Below, piece after piece: positions 9,696 to 17,790 of a stretch of DNA of 49,887 bases. Both the position numbers and the translations under genes were made by a program. The notes under the pieces were generated by a model. That model was not told the DNA's origin. It did not search any database and saw only the letters and a list, made by a program, of their open reading frames with translations. Source of the stretch: Dehalococcoidia bacterium (GTDB lineage Bacteria > Chloroflexota > Dehalococcoidia > GIF9 > AB-539-J10); NCBI GenBank assembly GCA_003556385.1, contig PWRA01000113.1, forward strand, positions 1 through 49,887, read 5' to 3'. The stretch's first letter is position 1. Each line of letters starts with the position of its first letter.

Positions 9696-10490
9696 TTATT
9701 CACCCCCAAACTCCGGTTCTCGCTTCTGAAGAAACGCGTTGATCCCTTCCACAAAGTCCTTGGTACCGAACAGGAAGCTCTGGGCGTAGGTTTCGAAGTA
9801 GAGCTGCTGCTCGAGATCATTCAGCAGCCCGCTATGCACCGCCCGCCTGATCTGTGCCATAGCCAGCGGGGGCGCCTTGGCCAGCCTCCCGGCCAGTTGC
9901 ATAGCCTCGTCCATAAACCTGTCGTGGGGAAAGACCATGTCGACCAGCCCTATACGCTCGGCCTCGCTGGCGTCGATCAGGTCACCGGTATACATAAGCT
10001 GGAAGGACTTGCCCGTCCCCAGCAATCTCGGCAGCAGAAAGGTAGCGCCGCAGTCGGGAATCAGGCCCCGGCTTATGAAGGACAACCCGAACCTGGCGTT
10101 CTCAGAGGCAATCCGGATGTCCGAGAGCAATGCCAGGGACACGCCTCCTCCGGCAGCGACACCATTAACTGCTGCGATCACGGGTTTCTCCAGATCATAG
10201 AGGTCCCGTGCAAATGCCCCGAGGGCCTGTAGTCTCTGCTGTCGAGTCAAGCTCAGAGAGAGATCACTCAGCGAAGCCAGTGCGTTGACATCTCCTCCGG
10301 CGCAGAACCCCCTGCCGGCTCCAGTGATAACCAGGACCCGAACTTCATCGTCCTCCTGGATCTGTCTGAGCAGCCTGGGTAGCCAGACAAGACCCATTTC
10401 GGCGCTGATAGCATTCAGCTTGTCGGGGCGGTTGAGAGTCATCGTGGCAATCCCCTCTGACTTCTCAAGTATGATTTCTTTGAACTCCAC
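9696..10490 (-). CDS. enoyl-CoA hydratase/isomerase (crotonase) family protein, 264 aa
   Basis: The sequence LNRPDKLNA....VLVITGAGRGFCAGGD...PVIAAVNG.AAGGG..LAL..D.RIA is the crotonase fold signature. GTG start; first gene of the minus-strand operon. Confidence 0.85.
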   Translation of the reverse strand: MEFKEIILEKSEGIATMTLNRPDKLNAISAEMGLVWLPRLLRQIQEDDEVRVLVITGAGRGFCAGGDVNALASLSDLSLSLTRQQRLQALGAFARDLYDLEKPVIAAVNGVAAGGGVSLALLSDIRIASENARFGLSFISRGLIPDCGATFLLPRLLGTGKSFQLMYTGDLIDASEAERIGLVDMVFPHDRFMDEAMQLAGRLAKAPPLAMAQIRRAVHSGLLNDLEQQLYFETYAQSFLFGTKDFVEGINAFLQKREPEFGGE

Positions 10491-10727
10491 GGGTATCCTC
10501 TAGAACGGCTCTGCCTGGCCCTCTCAGGTTATCAGTCTGAGCATCTCTGCTCAGGACGACACAGCCTGCCTGTGGCGCCCATTATATCGAAAAGGGGGCA
10601 ACCTTGCCACGACCGTCTTGAAGCGCTGTGATACCGACCCAGCAAGCGTTCTCGAGATTGGTGTCAGACCCGGCCGATTCTGCTATCATACTTGTGGGGT
10701 AACCGGCCAACCCTGTGCCCTGGAATT

Positions 10728-11627
10728 ATGATTCCGCAAATGGAGCATGACTTGGAGGAAAGGAAGTCAGACCAGGACACTGCCCGCCGCATTGCAGAAT
10801 CCGCGGAGTTACAACTGGCTCCAGACGGAGAGAGATATCCGGTCATTGACCTGAAAACCACACTCTCCATCTCCCTGGAGAACCGGGTGTCGATGAGACA
10901 CGTGGAGACCACCGCGCTGCAGCAGGGCGTTGTTCCCTGTCGGTACCTGCGCAATATCGGCACAATCGGCGTGGATGGTCAGCTAAAGCTCCTGGAATCA
11001 ACCGTCGCCATCGTGGGAGCAGGCGGACTGGGGGGCACCGCAATTGAGCTGCTGGCCAGGTTAGGAGCAGGTCATCTCATTATCATCGACGATGGCCGCT
11101 TCGCTGATCATAACCTGAACAGGCAGCTTATGTCCGCACAGGACAACGTGGGCGAGCGAAAGGTTACCGTGGCAGCCAGCAGAGTCAGTAAGGTGAATTG
11201 CGCCGTCGAAGTCACCGCGTTCGGCGAACGGTTGACTAATGACAACGCCAGCAGGCTACTCCGCGGAGCCCGGGCTGTCGTCGACGGGCTTGACAATCTA
11301 TCATCGCGCTTTGCGGTTGAACATGCCTGCCGCGATCTGGGAATACCATATGTCTACGGGACTATTGCGGGCTTCTGCGGTCAACTGATGACCATCTACC
11401 CCGGGGATCCGGGGCTATCTTGTATCTACGGCTCATGCCGGGCCGATCTTGAGCAGGGTATGGAGAGCGCAACAGGCAACCCTGCCACTACCCCGGCGCT
11501 TGTCGCAGCATTGCAGGTGCAGGAGTCGGTGAAGATCATCACGGGCATAGGCACACCTTTGCGCAACCGGGTCCTCATGGTGGACGTCGCGCACGGCACG
11601 TTTGACACACTCGAGTTGACGCGGTGA
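10728..11627 (+). CDS. ThiF/MoeB/HesA-family E1-like adenylyltransferase with a ~75-85 aa N-terminal extension
   Basis: ORF 10692..11627 (TTG); the first ATG is at 10728 and the start is uncertain. Core RYLRNIGTIGVDGQLKLLESTVAIVGAGGLGG...IIIDDGRFADHNLNRQ is the E1 Rossmann/ATP motif. No rhodanese domain is visible. Confidence 0.8.
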   Translation: MIPQMEHDLEERKSDQDTARRIAESAELQLAPDGERYPVIDLKTTLSISLENRVSMRHVETTALQQGVVPCRYLRNIGTIGVDGQLKLLESTVAIVGAGGLGGTAIELLARLGAGHLIIIDDGRFADHNLNRQLMSAQDNVGERKVTVAASRVSKVNCAVEVTAFGERLTNDNASRLLRGARAVVDGLDNLSSRFAVEHACRDLGIPYVYGTIAGFCGQLMTIYPGDPGLSCIYGSCRADLEQGMESATGNPATTPALVAALQVQESVKIITGIGTPLRNRVLMVDVAHGTFDTLELTR

Positions 11628-11631
11628 GAGC

Positions 11632-11916
11632 ATGGCATCGGTCACAGTGCGCTTCTACAGTCTATGGCGGGCCCATCTGGGCATGGACAGCACGGAGCTG
11701 CAGGCGGACAGTACAGACGACGCCTTGGCGCAGCTGGAAGAGAGATTCGGCGCCCATGTCCGGGAGAGACTCGCCGCGGAAGGCATTCACCTCGACGGGA
11801 AGCTCCAGGACTATTCTCTAGTACTGCTCAACGGTACGAATCTGCGCAACCTGGCGAACACCGAGCTAAAGGAAGGCGATGTTCTACACATCTTCCCGCG
11901 CGCGATGGGCGGGTAG
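11632..11916 (+). CDS. MoaD/ThiS-family ubiquitin-like sulfur-carrier protein ending in Gly-Gly, 94 aa
   Basis: Starts 4 nt after the E1 stop. Right size for a beta-grasp protein. C-terminus ...GDVLHIFPRAMGG followed by the stop. Confidence 0.75.
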   Translation: MASVTVRFYSLWRAHLGMDSTELQADSTDDALAQLEERFGAHVRERLAAEGIHLDGKLQDYSLVLLNGTNLRNLANTELKEGDVLHIFPRAMGG

Positions 11917-11978
11917 AACGCGCTGCATACCAGCAGCAGCAGTTCCGAGAACCGTAACATAATGCTAGAATTGGCTCT

Positions 11979-12959
11979 ATGCCGGCCAATCTACCCCCAC
12001 AGTACTTCGAGGCGGAGAGGCGATACAGGGCAGCCAAAGACCCCGATGACAAGATCGCGGCCCTGCAGACGATGCTTGCCGTCATGCCCAAGCACAAGGG
12101 CACCGACAAGCTTCACGCTGATCTGAGAAGGCGGATCGCCAGGCACTCACAGGAAGCGGAGAAGAAGTCGGCCACGGCCAGAAGAACGGGCTTCTATATC
12201 AGCCGCGAAGGCGCCGGACAGGTAATGCTCGTCGGTCCGGCCAATGCCGGTAAATCGCAGCTCTTGGCGGCACTCACCGATGCCCTCCCCGAGATAGCCG
12301 AGTATCCGTTCACCACCCAAACGCCTGTGCCGGGAATGATGAAGTACGAAGACATCCAGATTCAGTTGGTGGACACGCCCCCCATCGGCCACAAGGAGGT
12401 GAAAATGCTCCTGGCAAACACCCTCAGAAATGCCGACCTCATTGTGATCGTGATAGACCTTTCTCTGGATCCGGTAGGCCAGGTCGACTTAACCCTTCAG
12501 GGCCTGAGCGACGCAAGAATCGTACCGTTGTCTGAGAAGGGCCCTGAAATCGGCGCGGGCGAATACCCCAGGAAGATGCTGATTGCCGGGAATAAGAACG
12601 ACCTGCCCGAAGCGGGCAAGAACTGGGACGCGTTAAGTTCGCACTATGGCGAGCTGTTCCCGGTCATCTCCTTGTCAGCCAGGGAAGGCAGCGGTCTGCA
12701 GGATTTCAGACGACTGCTTTATCAGGTACTAGACATCATCCGTGTATACACCAAAAGCCCGGGAAGCAAGGCCGACCTGAGCGACCCTTTGATACTGGAG
12801 AAAGGCAGCACGGTGGAAGAAGCAGCTGAGAGCCTGCACAAGGATTTCCGCCACAATCTGAAGTATGCAGTCGTCTGGGGTTCGGGGAAGTACGACGGGC
12901 AGCGCGCTAGCAAGGCACACGTGTTACAGGACGGGGACATCGTAGAGTTCCACATATAA
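11979..12959 (+). CDS. DRG-type (COG1163-like) GTPase with a C-terminal TGS domain, 326 aa
   Basis: G1 GPANAGKS, G3 DTPP, G4 NKND. N-terminal KHKGTDKLHADLRRRIA helix and C-terminal IRVYTKSPGSKADLSDPLIL.KGSTVEEAAESLHKDF...KYAVVWG......Q.....HVLQDGDIVEF match the DRG/Rbg1 layout. Confidence 0.8.
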   Translation: MPANLPPQYFEAERRYRAAKDPDDKIAALQTMLAVMPKHKGTDKLHADLRRRIARHSQEAEKKSATARRTGFYISREGAGQVMLVGPANAGKSQLLAALTDALPEIAEYPFTTQTPVPGMMKYEDIQIQLVDTPPIGHKEVKMLLANTLRNADLIVIVIDLSLDPVGQVDLTLQGLSDARIVPLSEKGPEIGAGEYPRKMLIAGNKNDLPEAGKNWDALSSHYGELFPVISLSAREGSGLQDFRRLLYQVLDIIRVYTKSPGSKADLSDPLILEKGSTVEEAAESLHKDFRHNLKYAVVWGSGKYDGQRASKAHVLQDGDIVEFHI

Positions 12960-13042
12960 CAACCGGCGACGCCGTTTCTTGCAAGCCCGGGACGTCAGAA
13001 ACGGCACGTCTCCCTCAGCACCGGGAGAGGAATATCCGGTGG

Positions 13043-13071
13043 TTGCAGTTTTCAGTGACCTCCATTATACT
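13043..13071 (+). promoter_or_regulatory. sigma70-type promoter TTGCAG-17nt-TATACT for the zinc-ribbon gene
   Basis: TTGCAG at 13043-13048, a 17-nt spacer, and TATACT at 13066-13071, in the intergenic region about 117 nt upstream of ATG 13189. Confidence 0.5.
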
Positions 13072-13188
13072 GGAATGGGTGGTTATAGATTTAGGTTATC
13101 GCTTCTAGGTGAGAGCCCTGGTGGCTCCACTCACAAACGTTGGATGACCGAAGCTCTAGCCCGGACTCAACAGAAAGGAGGTCATCCA

Positions 13189-13491
13189 ATGGGGTTTACA
13201 GACAAAGCGCTGGAATGCTCGGAGTGCGGTAATACGTTCACCTTTACTGCCGATGAGCAGGAATTCTATGCGAACAAGGGTTACGCCAACGAACCCAAGC
13301 GCTGCCCGGCATGCCGGGAGGCGCGAAGGGCCCAGCGCAGTAGCTACGGCGGGTACAGGTCCAGCCGTCAAATGTATGCCGCGGTCTGTGCTGAATGTGC
13401 CAAGGACTGTGAAGTGCCGTTCGAGCCTCGAGAAGACAGACCGGTCTACTGCAGCGACTGTTACAGCAGGCTCAAACCGAGCGGGCGATAA
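13189..13491 (+). CDS. zinc-ribbon protein (N-terminal CxxC...CxxC domain plus C-terminal CxxC-x17-CxxC domain), 100 aa
   Basis: ORF 12979..13491 trimmed to ATG 13189 (AAGGAGG upstream). CSECGNTFTFTADEQEFYANKGYANEPKRCPACR resembles the probable zinc-ribbon (zf-trcl-like) family. CAEC-17aa-CSDC is the CxxC-x17-CxxC motif. Confidence 0.7.
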   Translation: MGFTDKALECSECGNTFTFTADEQEFYANKGYANEPKRCPACREARRAQRSSYGGYRSSRQMYAAVCAECAKDCEVPFEPREDRPVYCSDCYSRLKPSGR

Positions 13492-13624
13492 GCGGAGGCA
13501 TTTCGACACAGAACGCCCGCGGGCACGCAGTTCATCGGCCCCGAAACGGCATGCAATATAGGCGTTTCGCGGCGTTCTACTGCTTTGAGGCCCGGGGCAC
13601 AAGACCGATAAGGAGGTCAGTGAT

Positions 13625-13942
13625 ATGAACATATACGTGGGCAATCTATCTCGCGATACCACCGAGGATGAACTGCGCCAGGCATTTGAGGCTTTCGGTC
13701 AGGTCTCATCAGTACACATCATCAAGGACAGGTACAGCGGCGAATCCAGAGGGTTCGGATTTGTTGAGATGGCGACCAAGAGCGAAGGCCAGGCTGCGAT
13801 CAACGGACTCAACGGGACAACTATGGGGGACCGGACGCTCACTGTCAATGAGGCGCGTCCTCGCTCGGACACCGGAAGGGGAGGTGGGTCCTACGGGAGG
13901 GGCGGTGGCTTTGGCGCCGGGGGAAGACGGCGCAGGTACTAA
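13625..13942 (+). CDS. RRM-type RNA-binding protein with a Gly/Arg-rich tail, 105 aa
   Basis: RNP2 IYVGNL and RNP1 RGFGFVEM, with a C-terminal GRGGGSYGRGGGFGAGGRRRRY tail. AAGGAGG lies upstream. Confidence 0.9.
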   Translation: MNIYVGNLSRDTTEDELRQAFEAFGQVSSVHIIKDRYSGESRGFGFVEMATKSEGQAAINGLNGTTMGDRTLTVNEARPRSDTGRGGGSYGRGGGFGAGGRRRRY

Positions 13943-14838
13943 ACTGCCAGCATCCTTCGCACTGAGGTCTTCGCAACCTCACCCTGGAGTTCCCGGCTGA
14001 GAAAGGGGAGTTCGTTCTTCCTGGCCGCCTCAGAAGCGATCTCCTCAGCTACCTCCTCGAGCTCACCGCGCTCTCGATAGCGCCTATCCACGTATTGCTT
14101 GAACCTTTTCGTTCGCTTCAAGCCACGTGGCAAGACGCATCTTGCCTGCTCACCCAGGAGCGCACCGTGATGGTCGAAAGCACATACATCTGTATCGTAC
14201 CCAGCCAGCTTCTCAAGCGACTCGACATATGAAGGAAAATCGTACTGCGGCGACGGCATTACGAGTCCCCTGCCATCGGGCAAAGGACACGGAGCAGCAT
14301 CCGAGGGAAACATCGCCCTCAGCTGTGGGCAGTATACTGCCAGGGAGCACCTGGTATGCCCCCGTGTCTCTATGAACAAGGCCTCCAGGCCGTCGCCCAG
14401 GTCCATAGCCTCACCCTCGGTAGCAACCCTGTCGACCTGGATCGCGTCAACTTCCAGGTTCAGCCTTTCGTATTCACCATCTAGCCCCATTGCCTCAATG
14501 GCCGCTCGATTGGATCTGGCGATGGTATGCATCACCTTTGGCTTCGAGAACAGCTGTGCTGCGTATGCAGAGGCCACTATTTCAGCATGCGGGAATTTCC
14601 TCTTCAGATACGGGACCGCTCCACAATGGTCAAAATGGGAATGCGGGATGACGACGTATTTTATGTCCTGCATATCCAAACTCATCCCCGCAAACTGTCT
14701 CTCCAGGGACGGGGCGATGTAGCTCATTCCCCCGCCAACGATCATAGCGTCTCTACCTTTCACCAGGTACAGACAGATGTCGCGGGTCCCCAGGAACTCT
14801 ATCCTGTCGGTAACCCTACCCGATTCGCCTATCCACAT
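13939..14838 (-). CDS. MBL-fold metallo-hydrolase, 299 aa
   Basis: The HxHxDH motif is present as PHSHFDHCG. Its 3' end overlaps the convergent RRM gene by 4 nt. Confidence 0.75.
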   Translation of the reverse strand: MWIGESGRVTDRIEFLGTRDICLYLVKGRDAMIVGGGMSYIAPSLERQFAGMSLDMQDIKYVVIPHSHFDHCGAVPYLKRKFPHAEIVASAYAAQLFSKPKVMHTIARSNRAAIEAMGLDGEYERLNLEVDAIQVDRVATEGEAMDLGDGLEALFIETRGHTRCSLAVYCPQLRAMFPSDAAPCPLPDGRGLVMPSPQYDFPSYVESLEKLAGYDTDVCAFDHHGALLGEQARCVLPRGLKRTKRFKQYVDRRYRERGELEEVAEEIASEAARKNELPFLSRELQGEVAKTSVRRMLAV

Positions 14839-14866
14839 TCAGATCATCTCCTCTGACCGGGCACGA

Positions 14867-15640
14867 TTAGATAGAAGTGAACTCCCTGATAGCCCGGAAG
14901 TATGCGTTTCTACCCGTCCACATTATGTCGTTGTGACCCGCCCCAGGAATCACAAGCAGCCTTTTGTCGTTGGCTGCCAGGCTATCGTACAGGGCCTCAC
15001 CCTCGGTGACCGGGATGATCCGGTCGCACTCCCCGTGAAGGACGAGCGCGGGCACCTCGATGGTCCGCGCCTTAACGAGATTCGGCTGCTCGGGCTCTTG
15101 TACCCCCACCGACCCGGGTGGCAAGCCGAGGTGCGTCAAGAGACCGACGAAAGACCCGAAGCCGCTCTCGATAATGAGGCCTGCTATTCTATCCTGGTGG
15201 CGGTAGGCTATCTCGACCGCCGAGAGGCTTCCCAACGAGCGGCCCATAACGAAGATGGCGTCCCGGTACCCCTCCTGCTCCCGAATACTGTCGAACGCCC
15301 TGAATATCACGGGGGCGTCCGAGACCGTGTTGCTCACAGTGGGGCGGCCCTGACTCACGCCGTAGCCCCGATAGTCGGCAACAAACAGGTTGAGGCCAGG
15401 TTCTTTGTACATGGGAGCGATATAGTCATGGTCACTGACCACCTCGCCGTTGCCATGGAAGTATAGAACCGTGGGCGAACCCCGACTGCTGATATAGAAG
15501 CGGCAGGAGACTGAAACGTCTTCGTCCACCGCGATGAAATAGTCACGGGCGTCGGGTGGAGCGGGCGTGAAATCTCTCCGGGGATAGAACACGAAGCTCA
15601 GAATCTCGGGCCGGTCGAGTGCCGAATAATCCTGCGACAT
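14867..15640 (-). CDS. alpha/beta-fold hydrolase, 257 aa
   Basis: YFHGNGE oxyanion region, nucleophile elbow GRSLGS, and a distal GAGHND catalytic His region. Confidence 0.8.
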   Translation of the reverse strand: MSQDYSALDRPEILSFVFYPRRDFTPAPPDARDYFIAVDEDVSVSCRFYISSRGSPTVLYFHGNGEVVSDHDYIAPMYKEPGLNLFVADYRGYGVSQGRPTVSNTVSDAPVIFRAFDSIREQEGYRDAIFVMGRSLGSLSAVEIAYRHQDRIAGLIIESGFGSFVGLLTHLGLPPGSVGVQEPEQPNLVKARTIEVPALVLHGECDRIIPVTEGEALYDSLAANDKRLLVIPGAGHNDIMWTGRNAYFRAIREFTSI

Positions 15641-15834
15641 AACTCCCTGCCGCCTGATTCTAGCATATCCGCAGACTCCCGTCCCTTCATGATTTGTGTG
15701 TCACTAAGGTATCTGAACTAGAGCATTCTTCTTCCGCACCCAGGACATCGCTCTATGGCAACGGCGGGTGACAAGGTGCTATGATTATGCGGTCGGGTTT
15801 CCCAGCAACTACACCCTGAGAAAGGCGTATCGGC

Positions 15835-16596
15835 ATGGCTTACTCTCGGTTCTCACTGGAAGGAAGAGTTGCCCTTGTTACCGGGGCTAGAAGGGGCATA
15901 GGTAAGGGCATCGCGCTCGGTCTCGCTGAGGCAGAGGCAGATGTCGCCGTCTGCGACCTCGTAGTCCAGAGCGGCGAGCTGCGGAGCGTAGCCAGAAGCA
16001 TCCGAGACCTCGGCAGGCGTTCCCTGGCGCTCAAGTGCGACGTTGCCAGGAAGTCTCAGGTCGACAGGATGGTCGAACGGGTAGAGAACCGACTGGGCCC
16101 TATAGATATCCTGGTAAACAACGCCGGCGTCGAGAGCATCCACGGCATGCTTGACACGACAGAGGATGAGTGGCACAGAGTCCTCAATGCCGACCTCACC
16201 AGTTGTTTTTTCTGTGCCCAGGCGGTGGGAAAAAGCATGGTACAACGAAGGCAAGGCTCGATTATCAACATCGCCTCGGGAGCGGGCATAAGAGGGTTCG
16301 CGGGCCGAAACACCTACAATGTCGCCAAGGCCGGTGTCATAATGCTGACCAAGGTCCTGGCGCGCGACTGGGCGCGGTACAACGTCCGGGTCAACGCCAT
16401 CGCGCCCACGATTGTGAGGACAGATATGATGGCCGCGTGGGACGAGGAACTAATAGCTGCCGAAGCTGCGCGAATTCCGCTCAAGCGGCTGGCCGAGGTA
16501 AGCGATCTGGTGGGACCGGCCCTCTTTCTGGCCTCTGACGCCGCCGCTTATATCACAGGCGATACGCTGCTTGTCGATGGCGGCCAACTGACCTGA
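15835..16596 (+). CDS. short-chain dehydrogenase/reductase (FabG-like), 253 aa
   Basis: TGARRGIGKGIA cofactor motif, NNAG, and the catalytic YNVAKAG (YxxxK). Confidence 0.9.
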   Translation: MAYSRFSLEGRVALVTGARRGIGKGIALGLAEAEADVAVCDLVVQSGELRSVARSIRDLGRRSLALKCDVARKSQVDRMVERVENRLGPIDILVNNAGVESIHGMLDTTEDEWHRVLNADLTSCFFCAQAVGKSMVQRRQGSIINIASGAGIRGFAGRNTYNVAKAGVIMLTKVLARDWARYNVRVNAIAPTIVRTDMMAAWDEELIAAEAARIPLKRLAEVSDLVGPALFLASDAAAYITGDTLLVDGGQLT

Positions 16597-16682
16597 GCAC
16601 ACGGCTGTGCACGAGCACCCCAGGCGATCGCCGATTGGTGCAGCAGGGCCAACGCCGAAGGCGCGTCGGCCGGCGGCAACCC

Positions 16683-17543
16683 TCAAGTACCTTTGTAGAA
16701 CGCCAGGGCCAATGTGCCTCTACCGGTAGCATAAGCCATGATCGGACTGAAGTCGGTAACAAAAAGCTCCACGCAGTTGAACTCGGCGGCCACCCTGTCC
16801 CTGAGCATCCGAGCCTCCTCCACAGCGTCGGCGTGCATTACCGCGACATGGATCGGATCAGAATGACCCGCGTGTTCCCCCATCATACTAAGCATCTTCT
16901 CGACCCCGCTCCGTTTTGTTCGGGCAGCACCGGCAAAACGGATCACCCCGTCGCCGTCCGTCAGGATTGGCTTGAGGGACAGCGATGAGCCAATACGGGA
17001 AGCTAGCTTCGGTATGCGCCCTGTTCTATAGACATGCCGGATAGTTTCCAGAAGGCCGATAAACCTCACCCTCTCTCTAACTTCTCGGGCTATGGCCATC
17101 ACCTCTTCGAAAGTCTTACCTTCTTTGGCCGCGCGTGCCGCTGCCAGCGCAATGAGACCTTCAGCAGCGGCCGCAGTCTCACTGTCCAGGACTTCGATCC
17201 TTGTGGAAGGAAGCTCCCGCTGCACTATTTCCCTGGCAGCACTGGCACTATCGTAAAACATGGTCAGCTTCGCGGATATGGTGATGACCAGTATGTTCCG
17301 GTAACCTGCGCTGAGTTCACGATATGTAGCAGCGAAGTCCTCGGGAGAGGCCGCCGAACTCTTCCAGAACTCGGGGGCCTCATCGATGAACCGGTAGGCC
17401 TGGGCCGAAGTTAAGTCTATCACGTCCCGGTAGACACTGCCGTTGAACAATATGTTGGCCGGCACCATGCTGATCCTCAGGTCGTCGAGCCGGTCCCCTG
17501 GGATGCAGGCGATGCTGTCCACAATAATGGCGGTTTCACTCAT
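16683..17543 (-). CDS. DegV family (fatty-acid-binding) protein, 286 aa
   Basis: N-terminus IIVDSIACIP and overall DegV-like length and sequence. Confidence 0.8.
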   Translation of the reverse strand: MSETAIIVDSIACIPGDRLDDLRISMVPANILFNGSVYRDVIDLTSAQAYRFIDEAPEFWKSSAASPEDFAATYRELSAGYRNILVITISAKLTMFYDSASAAREIVQRELPSTRIEVLDSETAAAAEGLIALAAARAAKEGKTFEEVMAIAREVRERVRFIGLLETIRHVYRTGRIPKLASRIGSSLSLKPILTDGDGVIRFAGAARTKRSGVEKMLSMMGEHAGHSDPIHVAVMHADAVEEARMLRDRVAAEFNCVELFVTDFSPIMAYATGRGTLALAFYKGT

Positions 17544-17790
17544 ACCACTGTCTCAAGAGGCCAATCAAATGCGCCGGTTAAGACCAAATGGCCGGCGCTG
17601 CCGGGCATTATATGCTGACGCGCAGCGACGGTCAACCATTGGCCGAAGCTTTCCTTGGTTCCTATCGGCGACCCACTCCCGTGTCTCCAGGCCTCGGCTC
17701 AGCCATACCCTGATCATCGCGGTTCGACCCCAGGCCGCTGCCGCTGATCCATCACGATGGTAACGAGTTGGTGATGGCCGCCAGTATTCG

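Noticed and set aside
10692-12959. A complete prokaryotic ubiquitin-like conjugation system
   Set aside because: Only the E1-like and GG-ended Ubl components are present. No JAMM/MPN+ peptidase, E2-like or RING-like ORF is nearby. Proximity to tungstopterin enzymes makes cofactor sulfur transfer the more economical explanation. It is kept as a lower-confidence alternative in the findings.
12979-13188. N-terminal 70 codons of track ORF 12979..13491; likewise the 5' extensions of 19996..21093, 25202..26389 and 27114..28604
   Set aside because: In each case the family-typical N-terminus begins at an internal ATG preceded by a clear SD. For 27114..28604 the upstream start codon is the ATG inside a conserved promoter box. 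The extensions have no recognisable sequence.
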